Below, piece by piece: positions 18,869-28,617 of a DNA stretch of 64,000 nucleotides. The position numbers and the translations under genes were made by a program. The notes beneath the pieces are model-generated. The model was not told the DNA's origin and made no database searches. It worked only from the letters and a program-made list of their open reading frames with translations. This stretch comes from an uncultured beta proteobacterium. Lineage in GTDB: Bacteria > Pseudomonadota > Gammaproteobacteria > Burkholderiales > SG8-39. The stretch covers positions 51,086 through 115,085 of the forward strand of contig CAVOUJ010000031.1 in NCBI GenBank assembly GCA_963699535.1, in the 5' to 3' direction. How positions within the stretch are numbered: position 1 is the first letter of the stretch; each line of letters begins with the position of its first letter.

Positions 18869-19955
18869 TCAATCACGCAGAAAGCTTCCGGCGTCGTGTC
18901 GCCAGCTCACGCGCACCGCGTCGCCGACCTCGAAGAAGGTGGCCCGGCCGGGGGCGGAGTTCGGCAGCAGCGCCTCGATGCGCGTGCCGTTGGGCAGCTC
19001 GACGATGTAGGTCGTGACGTCGCCGATGTACAGGAGATCGTGCACCCTGCCCGTGAAATGATTCTTCAGGTCGTGCTGCGCGTCGGGCTCGCCGATGCGC
19101 ACCTGCTCCGGCCTGAGCGCGAGCACGCCGCGCTCGCCCGCTCGCGCGCCCTCGCGCGGCGGCGCCGTCACCTCGCCGAGGCCCTTCACCTCGAGCCTGA
19201 GCCCGGACGCGGACGCCTCGATGACGTCCGCTTCGAGGATGTTGCACTTGCCGATGAAATCGGCGACGAAGCGGTTCACGGGAAGTCCGTAGATCTTGGA
19301 GGGTTCGTCCAGCTGCTCGATTCGACCTTCGTTCATCACCGCGATGCGGTGCGACAGCGCCAGGGCCTCGGACTGCGCATGCGTGACGAACACGAAGGTG
19401 ACACCGACGTCCCGCTGCAGCGCGATCAGCTCGAGCTGCATCTCCTCGCGCAGCTTGGCGTCGAGGGCGCCCAGCGGCTCGTCGAGCAGCAGCACGCGCG
19501 GCCGGTTGACGAGCGAGCGGGCGAGCGCCACGCGCTGCTTCTGGCCGCCGGAGAGCTCGTGCGGCAGGTGTCCGCCCTTGTCCTCGAGGTGAACCAGGCC
19601 GAGCGCCTCCCTGACTTTCGCCTGGGTCTCCTCGGGTGATTTGCCGGCCATCTTGAGCGGGAAGGCGATGTTCTGCGATACCGTCATGTGCGGGAAGAGC
19701 GCGTAGCTCTGGAACACGGTGTGGATGGGGCGCTTCTCCGGCGGAGTGCCGACCATGTCGCGGCCATCGAGGAAAATCGGCCCCGGCGTCGGGCAGGTCG
19801 AAGCCCGCGATCATGCGCAGGAGCGTGGTCTTGCCGCAGCCCGAAGGCCCGAGCAGGGTGAAGAACTCGCCTGCTTCGATGGCGATGCTGACGTTGTCGA
19901 CGGCGACGAGCGCCCCGAAACGGCGCGTGACCTTCCTGATCTCGAGAAGCGCCAT
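18869..19955 (-). pseudogene. potA: Spermidine/putrescine ABC transporter ATPase PotA, frameshifted at the C-run 19781-19784
   Basis: Walker [10 protein letters not shown] is in one frame. The Q-loop, [13 protein letters not shown] and LLLDEP are in the other. Removing one G from GCCGGGGCC restores ..[24 protein letters not shown].. Confidence 0.9.
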
Positions 19956-19959
19956 GGGC

Positions 19960-21480
19960 TTAGATCTTACCGATCAGCGCCCATATCAGGGCGATCGCGG
20001 CGATCGCAGCGATCGTGACTGCGATTGCCATCATTCTGTTGCGCCGGCGCTCGACCGCGAGCAGCTCGTCGAGCGCGCGCTCGATGCGCTCGACGCGGTC
20101 GTCGGCGAGCGCCCGGTGCAACAGGCGCGGCAGCTGCGGCAGCATCGTCGCCCAGCGCGGCGCCTCGTTGCGCAGCGCGCGCAGCAGACCCTTCAGGCCC
20201 ACCTGCTCGCGCATCCAGTTCTCGAGGAACGGCTTCGCGGTGGTCCACAGGTCGAGGTCGGGGTCGAGCTGGCGCCCCAGCCCTTCGATATTGAGGAGGG
20301 TCTTCTGCAGCATGACGAGCTGCGGCTGGATCTCGACGTTGAAGCGGCGCGAGGTCTGGAACAGGCGCAGCAGCGCCCGCCCGAAGGAGATTTCCTTGAG
20401 CGGCCGGTCGAAGAACGGCTCGCACACCGCGCGAATCGCGCCCTTCGAACTCGTCCATGCGCGTGTCGGCCGGCACCCAGCCCGCCTCGAGGTGCGCCCG
20501 CGCCACGCGCGCGTAGTCTCGCTGGAAGAAACCCGAGGAAGTTCTGCGCGAGATACTGCTTGTCCACTTCCGTGAGCGTGCCCATGATGCCGAAATCGAG
20601 CGCCACGTAGCGGCCTTCGGGCGTGACCAGAATGTTGCCCGGATGCATGTCGGCGTGAAAGAAGGCGTCGCGGAACACCTGGGTGAAAAAGATCTCGACG
20701 CCGGTGCGCGCGAGCTTCGGGATGTCCACGCCCTGCCGGCGCAGCTCCTCGACTTGGCTCACCGGCGTGCCGTGCATCCGCTGCATGGTCATGACGGTGT
20801 TCGTGCACCAGTCCCAGTAGACCTCGGGCACGGCAAGCAGCGGCGAGTCCAGGAAGTTGCGGCGAAGCTGGCTTGCATGCGCCGCCTCGCGCATGAGGTC
20901 GAGCTCCTCGAACAAATGTCGTGCGAATTCGGCGACGACTTCGCGCGGCTTGAGGCGCCTGCCGTCGGCCCAGAAGCGCTCGACGAGGCCCGCTGCCGCG
21001 TCCATCAGCGCGAGGTCTTTCGCAATCACCGGCATCATTCCCGGGCGCAGGATCTTGACTGCAGCCTCGGTGCCTCCTGGAAGCACGGCGACGTGCACCT
21101 GCGCGACCGAGGCGCTCGCGATGGGCTGCGGCTCGAACTTCTCGAAGACCTTTGCGATCGGCTTGCCGAAGGCGCGTTCGACTTCGGCAATGGCGAGCTC
21201 GGCTGCGAACGGCGGCACCTGATCCTGCAGCTTCGCCAGCTCGTCGGCGATATCCGGGGGCAGGAGGTCGCGGCGCGTCGAGAGCACCTGGCCGAACTTG
21301 ACGAAAATCGGGCCGAGCGCCTCGAGCGCGCGGCGCAGCCTCACGCCGCGCGGCTCGCTTCAGCGACCGAAAAAAGAGAACCGCGTTGACCGCGCGCGCC
21401 AGGCGGCTCCCCGAGGCGAGCGCGAACTCGTCCAACCCGAAGCGCAGGGTTATCCAGAAGATCTTGACGAGGCGGAGCAA
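19960..21480 (-). pseudogene. ubiB: Ubiquinone biosynthesis regulatory kinase UbiB (ABC1 family), at least 3 frameshifts
   Basis: UbiB sequence is spread over three frames: [19 protein letters not shown]..; ..[35 protein letters not shown]..; ..[21 protein letters not shown]; [19 protein letters not shown]..(C-terminal TM). Shifts lie near 21350, 20520 and 20440. Confidence 0.9.
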
Positions 21481-21555
21481 GGAGTTGAGACGACCCCGAG
21501 AGAAGGGGCCAATTTACCAGAATTGGTCACAGCCCCCTTCTCCAGCAAGCTCCTC

Positions 21556-22141
21556 TTATCGCTGGCGCGCGCTCTCCAGGCGCTCGATGCGCTTCTCCAA
21601 GCGCGCGGCATCCTCGCGCAGGGCATCCGCCTCGCGGGAGAGCTTCTCGACGTCGGCGGGACGCGCAAGCAGCGGCTGCTCCTCGGTGAGGTACTCGGCC
21701 AGGTTCCCGGCGAGGCGCGTCGCGGCCTCGCTCTGCCATGCTGCGAACGCCCTGCCTCCCTCCGCCAGGCGGTGGGCGACGACGTCGGGGAAGAGACGGG
21801 AGAGATCTTCCTCGATGTCCCAGGCGAGGTGGCGGAAAAGGTGCTGCACCGCTGCTGCGAGCTCCGCCGAGCCTTCGATTTCGATCTTGCTTCAACGCCG
21901 CCTCGTCGCGCGCGAGCACGAGCGGCAAAGCGGACGGCGTGAGCTTCACGACGAGTGCGCTTGCGGCGTCTGCAGGTGCTTCCTCGACGAGGCCGCTTTC
22001 GAGGATCGCCAGGCGCAAATCGGGAAAGGGCGGGCAGCGGAATTCCGCGCACTGGCCCGCGAACACCTTGAGGCGCGCGGCGGCCCAGGGCTGCTGCGCG
22101 AGCAGGTGGTTCAGGCCCGCGGCGGCGCCGCGTTCAAGCAT
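21556..22141 (-). pseudogene. ubiJ: Ubiquinone biosynthesis accessory factor UbiJ (SCP2 domain), frameshifted near 21880-21895
   Basis: The N-terminal part (..LNHLLAQQPWAAARLKVFAGQ..) and the C-terminal part (..AAAVQHLFRHLAWDIEEDLSRLFPDVVAHRL.. plus a coiled coil) are in different frames. The gene sits between the Tim44-like gene and ubiB. Confidence 0.7.
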
Positions 22142-22168
22142 GGAGCCGCCGCGATTCGAGGCGTTCGT

Positions 22169-23026
22169 TCAGTTGACCTGCTGGATCCCGGCGAGCAGCC
22201 AGCCCGAGGAGCCGTCCACCGGCTTTTGCAGGTGCCAGACTTCCTCGAACGGTTCGGCCTGGGCGCCCGCATGCTCCCGGATCGATCCCGAGAAGCGCAC
22301 GCTCGCCCAATGCAGGCGGCCTTCGGTGACCACTTCAATGAGCGACGCGTCCAGGGTCACGACGTCCGTCTGATCCTGGCCGACCTGGGCAGCGAGGTCG
22401 CCTTGCAGCGTCTCGAACATCTCCGGGGTCGTCACCGAGCGCAGCAACTCGAGGTCGCCCCGGTCATTGGCTTCCTGCAGCATCAGGAAATTGCGCCGGG
22501 CCTGCTTGAGGAAGGCCGGGACGTCGAAGCCCGAGGGAATATTCGGGACGAACTGGCCGCGATAGTCGGGTTGGGCACCGGCGCTGCCCGGCAACTGCGA
22601 AGGCGGCGGAGCGGCGACCGTTTCGCTGCCGAGGCCCGCGTACTGCGCCAGTGGCGCGTGCGCGCGGCGCTGCGCGAACAGCCGAAACACGGCGAACGCC
22701 ACTGCGGCGGCGGCGAGGGCCATCAGCATCGCGGCGACCGCGGCGCCGAAGCCGCCTTGCGCGAGCAGCCATCCGAGGCCCAAGCCTGCGGCAAGTCCTG
22801 CGAGAGGTCCGAGCCAGCGGGAGCCCGCAGCCTGGGGAGCGGTGGCCGGGGCGGCAGATTGAGCGGACTGTTGCGCGGGGGCGGCAGCCGGCTTTTGCGG
22901 AGGCAGCGCCTGACGCTGGGCACCGAGGCTTCGTCCTCCGCCGAGGCGGGTCCTCGCTTCGGTATCTTCGGGCATCAAGCCGATGCCCAGAAGGAGCGTG
23001 AAAATCGCGACGGTGAGTTTTTTCAT
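22169..23026 (-). CDS. Tim44-domain-containing membrane-associated protein
   Basis: Start at MKKLTVAIF with an AGGAG-like RBS. It has a signal/anchor, a low-complexity Ala/Gly/Gln linker and a C-terminal Tim44-like domain (..FDVPAFLKQARRNFLMLQEANDRGDLELLRSVTTPEMF..WHLQKP..WLLAGIQQ). Confidence 0.75.
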   Translation of the reverse strand: MKKLTVAIFTLLLGIGLMPEDTEARTRLGGGRSLGAQRQALPPQKPAAAPAQQSAQSAAPATAPQAAGSRWLGPLAGLAAGLGLGWLLAQGGFGAAVAAMLMALAAAAVAFAVFRLFAQRRAHAPLAQYAGLGSETVAAPPPSQLPGSAGAQPDYRGQFVPNIPSGFDVPAFLKQARRNFLMLQEANDRGDLELLRSVTTPEMFETLQGDLAAQVGQDQTDVVTLDASLIEVVTEGRLHWASVRFSGSIREHAGAQAEPFEEVWHLQKPVDGSSGWLLAGIQQVN

Positions 23027-23039
23027 AGGTTCTCCTCGG

Positions 23040-23771
23040 TCAGTACTTGTAGCCCCGGTGCAGCGCGACGACGCCGGCAGCCAGGTTGAAGTATTCGACA
23101 TCCTCGAGCCCGGCCCGTTCCAGCATGCCCTTCAGGCGTTCCTGGTCGGGATGCATGCGGATCGACTCGGCGAGATAACGGTAGGCGGCCTCGTCGCCCG
23201 CGACCTTCTTTCCCAGCCACGGAAGCACGTTGAAAGAATACCAGTCGTAGAGCTTCGCAAGCGGAGGCCAGATGCGCGAGAACTCCAGCACGAGGAGCCG
23301 CCCTCCCGGCTTCAACACGCGCTGCATCTCGGCAAGCGCCGAGTCCTTGCGGGTCATGTTGCGCAGGCCGAATGCCACGCTCACGCAATCGAAATAACCC
23401 TGGGGAAACGGCAGCTGCTCCGCGTCGCACTGAACCGCGGGGAGCGCCCGGCCGCGGTCGAGCAGGCGGTCGCGCCCGCGCCCGAGCATCGCGCCGTTGA
23501 TGTCGGTGAGCCACACCTCTCCGGTCGGTCCTGCCGCTTTCGAGAATTCGAACGCCAGATCGCCGGAACCGGCCGCGACATCGAGCACCCTCTCGCCCTT
23601 GCGCACTCCGGCGATCGCCACCGCGAACGCCTTCCACAGCCGGTGCAGCCCTCCCGACATCAAGTCGTTCATCAGGTCGTACTTGCCGGCGACCGATGAA
23701 AAAACGCCGGCCACCCGGGCCGCTTTTTCGGCCTCGCCGACGCTCTGGTATCCGAAGTCCGTTTGACTCAC
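23040..23771 (-). CDS. ubiE: Ubiquinone/menaquinone C-methyltransferase UbiE
   Basis: GTG start giving [39 protein letters not shown].. SAM motif [11 protein letters not shown]. The upstream part of the ORF lies inside the repeat element and is rejected. Confidence 0.9.
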   Translation of the reverse strand: MSQTDFGYQSVGEAEKAARVAGVFSSVAGKYDLMNDLMSGGLHRLWKAFAVAIAGVRKGERVLDVAAGSGDLAFEFSKAAGPTGEVWLTDINGAMLGRGRDRLLDRGRALPAVQCDAEQLPFPQGYFDCVSVAFGLRNMTRKDSALAEMQRVLKPGGRLLVLEFSRIWPPLAKLYDWYSFNVLPWLGKKVAGDEAAYRYLAESIRMHPDQERLKGMLERAGLEDVEYFNLAAGVVALHRGYKY

Positions 23772-23799
23772 GCGGGCAATGCTAGCAGGTTGGCGAGCA

Positions 23800-23941
23800 G
23801 GTGGGCTATCTTGCCCTTGCTCCTGGCGCGGCAACGACACGCTACGGGTACCCGGCCGCTTGCGCCTCCAATGAAGCGGTCGGCGCGCGGCCACCCGTAA
23901 CGCGTGTCGCCGCGCAAGTCGCCCATGCAGGATAGCCCACC
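23800..23941. repeat. 142-nt imperfect-hairpin intergenic repeat, copy 1 (inverted relative to copy 2 at 57183-57323)
   Basis: The terminal inverted repeat GGTGGGCTATC...GATAGCCCACC is 11 bp and perfect. The core GCGACTTGCGCGGCGAC.CGCGT.ACGGGTGGCCGCGCGCCGACCGC.TCA.TGGAGGCGC.AGCGGCCGGGTACCCGTAGCG.GTCGTT is shared with copy 2 at about 90 percent identity, aligned by eye. Confidence 0.8.
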
Positions 23942-23943
23942 CG

Positions 23944-24312
23944 CTAAGGCTCGCGGCGTGCCCCGGCCGCTTCGAGCCGCTTGAGATAGTCCTGCCACAT
24001 CGAGGCGCGATTGGCGCCGATCTCGTAGAGGTAGTCCCAGGAATAGATTCCGGTGGCGTGCCCGTCGGAAAAATGCGGCTGCACTGCGTAGCTGCCCACG
24101 GGCTCCAGACTCAGGATATCGACCTCTTTCTTCCCGACCTGAAGGACTTCCTGCCCCGGGCCGTGGCCGCGGACCTCCGCCGAGGGCGAGTAGACGCGCA
24201 GGAATTCGTAGGGCAGTTCGAAACGGCTGCCGTCCGAGAAAGAAATCTCGAGCACGCGGGATTTCTGGTGCAGCTTGATTTCGGTGGGAGTCGGTTTTTC
24301 AGCGGCGGCCAT
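23944..24312 (-). CDS. DUF971 domain protein (gamma-butyrobetaine hydroxylase N-terminal-like)
   Basis: 122-aa ORF from [62 protein letters not shown]. This matches the DUF971 pattern. The long ORF extending upstream is rejected. Confidence 0.75.
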   Translation of the reverse strand: MAAAEKPTPTEIKLHQKSRVLEISFSDGSRFELPYEFLRVYSPSAEVRGHGPGQEVLQVGKKEVDILSLEPVGSYAVQPHFSDGHATGIYSWDYLYEIGANRASMWQDYLKRLEAAGARREP

Positions 24313-24317
24313 GTCGG

Positions 24318-25918
24318 CTATATCGTCTTGAAGCTTACGCGCTCGAAATCGGCGCCGCGGTTCACGACCGAGACGAGCTGAACTCGAAGTGTGCCCTCCC
24401 TCTGGACTTCGATCACGCGGTCCGGCTTGAACCAGCCGGTGGGCAGGACCAGGGATTCGGAGGACTGAAGCGCCGCAACCGAAGGAAGCATGAAAGCGGG
24501 AGTGTATTGCTCGCTTGCGGCCATGTCCGGCCGTATCGCGATCCCGAGCGGCACCCCGGGAAGGATCTGAACGCCGACGCGCAGCTCGAAATCTTCGGAC
24601 ACGGAGATCCAGCGGACGGCGCACAGGAGAAAGCTCTTCGCGTCGGCCGGCCGAACCCCGAGCAACTGATCCAGAACGAGGCGCGAGTTCGCTGCAGGAT
24701 CGATGCGTTGCAGGCGCAGTCCCGGGGCGCTCTCGTCCTTGATCTGCCAGGTCTCCAGGGGAAAACTCGGGGGGGCGACGGCGAGTTCTTCGTGGCGAGT
24801 GGCGACCCGCCCGAAAGTCGCGATCTCCTCGTGCTGTGTCTTGGTGAGTTCGCGGGGTGCCCCGCGGAACGCCTGGCCGGTGACGAAGTAGTGTATGGCA
24901 GCCATCCCCGAGCAGATCTGCGCCGTGCCGCTGGTGCTGCGGCGCGGATGCGCCCGCGATTCCTTGTCCTCGCACCAGCGCCGATACAGCATCACCAGAA
25001 GGCTTTCCGCCAGCGAAGCGGTGACGTCCTCGCCCAGCCCCAGCGCGGCGGGCGTTTCGCCCTTTCGCAAGAGACCCACGCGCTTGCGCACGCGACCTGC
25101 CGACTTCGCGGATCTCGAGGTGGCGCACATCCCCTCCCTGCAGCCGGCCGATGCGTCGCGCCGGCCGCATGGCTGAGATCGACGGCGAGGGGGGCGAGGC
25201 CCTCCGCCGCGGGAGGCGGTTCCGGCCGGATCGAGACCTTCGGGGTCCAGCTCTCGAGCCATTGCATGATGAGCTCGATCTGGCGTGGCGTGAGCTTTCC
25301 CGGATTGGCGAGGTGCAGGAGCAGGACCTGCGCGTAGGTTTCCGTGCAGGTGGTCTTGGTCTTGTCCTTGTGGAGCGGATGACTGACCGGGTCATCCACG
25401 GCGTCCCGCTCCTCGGCGAACGCATAGACGTGGTGCAGCACCTTCCAATCGTCTTCGGCCACATTCTGATAGGCCTGGTAGTGGTCCACCATCTTTTGCC
25501 CGGCACACCAGAGCGCGCGCTGGCAGATGAGCGCGATTTGCCCGTTCATGCCGGTTGCACCCTCGATGATCGCCTGCAGGCAGTGTTGGTAGCCGAGCGA
25601 TAGCGCGCTCCACAAGGCGTTGACGTTGTGGAAGACCTCGCGCTCGGCCTTGGCGAGGGGCGCCGGGCGGTTCGAGAATTTCTTGGATTGCTCCTTCTGC
25701 ACGAAGCTTATGGGCTCGCGCAGGATCTCCAGGATCTTCAGCCTCTCCGGCGGTGCGAGTTTGCAGGCATTCAACTGATCGAGCTGATCGAGAAGGCGAA
25801 CGTGCGACGGAGCGACGTTGATGAGGGGGAGCGCCTTGACCCATTTGGCGCAGCCGGCCGAGTCCGTGAACTCCGGCGCGGCATCCGGCCTGATGACGGG
25901 AAGCTCGAATCCCGACAC
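24318..25918 (-). pseudogene. Large uncharacterised protein with a C-terminal PilZ-like domain, 2 frameshifts around 25105-25165
   Basis: The N-terminal ~250 aa are in frame 24992-25918. A short middle piece (..RRIGRLQGGDVRHLEI) is in a third frame. The C-terminal part is in frame 24318-25262 and carries RxxxR (RAHPRR) and D-x-S-x-x-G (DESAPG) PilZ signatures. Confidence 0.55.
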
Positions 25919-25921
25919 GGG

Positions 25922-26338
25922 CTAATCCAGCCTCTGCCTCAAGGCGCGCGACAGGGAGCCTGCATCCGGGCCCGGCCGACGCGGCGCCTCCGCGCGCAGG
26001 GGCTCGGCCCAGACCGGGCGGGGAAAGTGACGATCGTCCCGGTGGCGCGGGATTACGTGCCAGTGCAGGTGCGGGGTAACGTTGCCGAGGCTCGCGATGT
26101 TGATCTTGTGCGGGTCGAGGAGTTCGCGGAGCACGGCCTCGGTCGCGAACACCGCGTTCATGAACCGCACACGCTCGGCAGGCTCAAGATCGGTCATCTC
26201 CCTCACGTGCCGCTTGAGGACCACCCGGCAGAAGCCGGGGTAGTCCGGATCGTCGATCAGGACGACGCGGCAGAAGCCGTCCTGCCAGAGCGGCTCCCCG
26301 CCCGGGGAATCGCACAGCTCGCATGGATTCTCGCTCAA
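25922..26338 (-). CDS. HIT-family nucleotide hydrolase/transferase
   Basis: 138-aa ORF with a histidine-triad motif (..TPHLHWHVIPR..). Confidence 0.85.
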   Translation of the reverse strand: MSENPCELCDSPGGEPLWQDGFCRVVLIDDPDYPGFCRVVLKRHVREMTDLEPAERVRFMNAVFATEAVLRELLDPHKINIASLGNVTPHLHWHVIPRHRDDRHFPRPVWAEPLRAEAPRRPGPDAGSLSRALRQRLD

Positions 26339-26406
26339 GATCTTTGCGCTCGGCCAAATCCCTACGGGGCGCGGCTCTCGCGAAGGATAGCAGAATCGAA
26401 GTCAGG

Positions 26407-27198
26407 CTAAGGGCTGGCTGGAGGCAGAGAAGGTTCGCCCGGACCGGGCTTGTCCGGAAAGATGTCGCGGTAGCTCGCGTAACAGCTCCCGAATACCGCG
26501 GGCAGCATGAAAAGCACGAATAGCTGGGCGATGAAGGCCAGCGTCTGCAGTTGTACACGGAACAGGATCGCCGCGAACGTAACGAGCACGAGAAAACCCG
26601 CGATCACGAGCGCGAGCACGGCCCCGTATACGAAGAAAGCTCGCCAGTTCCGCCAGACGGAGAAGAAACTGTAGAAGAGCGACTGGACGGTGCCCATCCG
26701 ATCCCAGGCCGCGAGCACCGGCGCGAACCAGAAGGCCATGAGCACGGGTGCGCTGGCCAGGGCGGCAAGGAGCAGCGCCCGCGAGACGCTGCCGTCGCTG
26801 AGGGCTTCGGTGGAGGGTTGCTCTCCGGAAAGCATCCACCTCAGGAGGGCGCCGGAGTCCGCGAGCGAGGAAAGGGCGAGCGTGGCCACGATCGCGAAAA
26901 GGTATGCGGCGCCGAGGGCAACCAGCGTCGCCAGCCCCTGGCGGAAACCCGCGACGAGCAGCACGGGCTGCAATACCCCGCCGCGATCGAGCACCGCGCA
27001 CATGACCATGAAACTGACCGAGAAGGCGGGCAGCAGCACGGTGGAGGCGGCGGGGCCGACGTAGCGGATCTGGCCGAGGAGCGTGACGGCGATCCAGTAC
27101 GTGAATATCAGAAACATCCACATCAGCGGGTTCCTGCGGAAGAGAGCAAAGCCCTTCAGAAGCCAGAACCATCCGTTTTTGGCAGGGACCGTTCGCAT
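26407..27198 (-). CDS. Conserved polytopic membrane protein (BPSS1780-like family, tentative)
   Basis: 263-aa ORF with 6 or more TM helices. The N-terminus is MRTVPAKNGWFWLLKGFALFRRNPLMW. Confidence 0.6.
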   Translation of the reverse strand: MRTVPAKNGWFWLLKGFALFRRNPLMWMFLIFTYWIAVTLLGQIRYVGPAASTVLLPAFSVSFMVMCAVLDRGGVLQPVLLVAGFRQGLATLVALGAAYLFAIVATLALSSLADSGALLRWMLSGEQPSTEALSDGSVSRALLLAALASAPVLMAFWFAPVLAAWDRMGTVQSLFYSFFSVWRNWRAFFVYGAVLALVIAGFLVLVTFAAILFRVQLQTLAFIAQLFVLFMLPAVFGSCYASYRDIFPDKPGPGEPSLPPASP

Positions 27199-27256
27199 GC
27201 CTATGCCTTGCGGCGTTTCACGTCAAATGGGCGCAAGTGTGGCGCGATTGACCGTT

Positions 27257-28195
27257 TCAAACAAGGGAAAAGGGGCGCGCGCGGCGAGCCTCGAGCACCC
27301 TGCGAAAGTGCTCCGGGTCGTGCGCGTGAACGAGCTCGCCCGCGCGCGGCAGGTAGAAGTCGTACAGGCGCGACAGCCAGAAGCGCAGCGCCGCCGCGCG
27401 CAGAAGCACCGACCAGGCTTCCCGCTCGGAGGGAGTGAACTCGCGTGTGCCACGATAGGCGGCGAGCAGCGCGTTCGCGCGCGCCGGGTCGATCTCGCCC
27501 GCAGCATCGATGCACCAGTCGTTGACCGCGACCGCGACGTCGAACAGGAGCGCGTCGAGTCCCGCGAAGTAGAAGTCGATCACTCCTCCGATGCGGTCTC
27601 TCTCGAACAGCACGTTGTCGCGGAAGAGATCCGCATGCACCGGGCCGCGAGGCAAATCGAGCGCGCGGTGCTGCGCCTGAAACCCGAGTTCGGAGGCGAG
27701 CAGCTCCCTGCGTGCCGGGTCGAGGAAGGGCTCGACCCTGGGCGCCGCTTCGCGCCACCATTTCGGCCCGCGCGGATTCTCCAGCTTCCCGTTGTAGCCC
27801 CGCCCCGCGAGGTGCATGTCGGCGAGCATGGCGCCGACGCGCTCGCAATGACGGACCTGCGGTGCGGTCACCGGCGCGCCGGGCAGGCAGGTGACGAGCG
27901 TGGCGGGCTTGCCGTTCAGGATCCCGAGATACTTCTCCCCCTGGTCGGCGATCGGCGCGGGGCAGGGAATACCGCGGCGGGCGAGATGCGCCATGAGGTT
28001 CAGGTAGAAGGGGAGTTCCGCCGTCGTCAGCTTCTCGAAGAGCGTCAGGACGAAGCGCCCGTGCGTGGTCGTGACGAAGTAGTTGGTGTTCTCTATGCCT
28101 GCGGCGATCCCCTGAAGATCGGCGAGCGTGCCGATGGCGTAGCGCTTCAACCAGGCCGACAGTTCCTCGGCGGTGATGCGCGTGAAGACGGACAT
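27257..28195 (-). CDS. thrB: Homoserine kinase (ThrB, aminoglycoside-phosphotransferase-fold type)
   Basis: MSVFTRITAEELSAWLKRYAIGTLADLQGIAAGIENTNYFVTT.. and the kinase motif HADLFRDNVLF. Confidence 0.9.
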   Translation of the reverse strand: MSVFTRITAEELSAWLKRYAIGTLADLQGIAAGIENTNYFVTTTHGRFVLTLFEKLTTAELPFYLNLMAHLARRGIPCPAPIADQGEKYLGILNGKPATLVTCLPGAPVTAPQVRHCERVGAMLADMHLAGRGYNGKLENPRGPKWWREAAPRVEPFLDPARRELLASELGFQAQHRALDLPRGPVHADLFRDNVLFERDRIGGVIDFYFAGLDALLFDVAVAVNDWCIDAAGEIDPARANALLAAYRGTREFTPSEREAWSVLLRAAALRFWLSRLYDFYLPRAGELVHAHDPEHFRRVLEARRARPFSLV

Positions 28196-28235
28196 GATCG
28201 TGGCGCCGCGGCGATATGCAGCGCTCGCGGGCGCC

Positions 28236-28568
28236 TCAGAATCGGCGGATCACCCAGAGCGGGACCCGCACGCCGGTGTCGAGGCTCTCGTTTCGCACTC
28301 CTGCGCCGTCGCCCAGATCCTCGATCAGCCAGTACTCGAGGCCGGCGGGCGTGACGACTCGCACCACACGCCGGCCGTCGATGACCTGTTCTTCCACCTC
28401 GTCGCCCCCACCCGGGCGGATGCTTACGGGGGATTCATCCGGCTGATCGACGGAAATCCCTGGAGGCGGGGGTGCGGGCTCGGGAAGCGGGTCGAGCCTG
28501 GGCGGCTGCTGCGCCGCGACCGGCAGGGCGATGGCGAGCAGGGCGGAGGCGAGAATTCGGCGCGGCAT
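28236..28568 (-). CDS. DUF2782 periplasmic protein
   Basis: Start at MPRRILASALLAIALPVAA (signal peptide). Pro-rich region followed by ..EEQVIDGRRVVRVVTPAGLEYWLIED.. Confidence 0.65.
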   Translation of the reverse strand: MPRRILASALLAIALPVAAQQPPRLDPLPEPAPPPPGISVDQPDESPVSIRPGGGDEVEEQVIDGRRVVRVVTPAGLEYWLIEDLGDGAGVRNESLDTGVRVPLWVIRRF

Positions 28569-28617
28569 AAGGCGGAAGAACCCTGAGACGGAGCGAGTCT
28601 GGCGACTGTCATGCATT

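Noticed and set aside
21498-21542. Hairpins sharing GAGAAGGGG...CCCCTTCT arms in the ubiJ-ubiB spacer (21498-21542) and upstream of lipB (35364-35386). They could represent a second small repeat family.
   Set aside because: There are only two occurrences, with 8-9-bp arms and different loops. That is too short to distinguish from chance G/C-rich palindromes or ordinary terminator-like hairpins without a genome-wide count.
23768-23998. Small ORFs through both hairpin repeats (23768-23998 minus; the start of 57206-57805 plus) that encode a shared peptide, GWPRADR(F/L)[11 protein letters not shown].
   Set aside because: The shared peptide is a by-product of translating the same repeat. The ORFs differ in length and context, overlap real genes (ubiE upstream region, ptsI antisense) and have no RBS.
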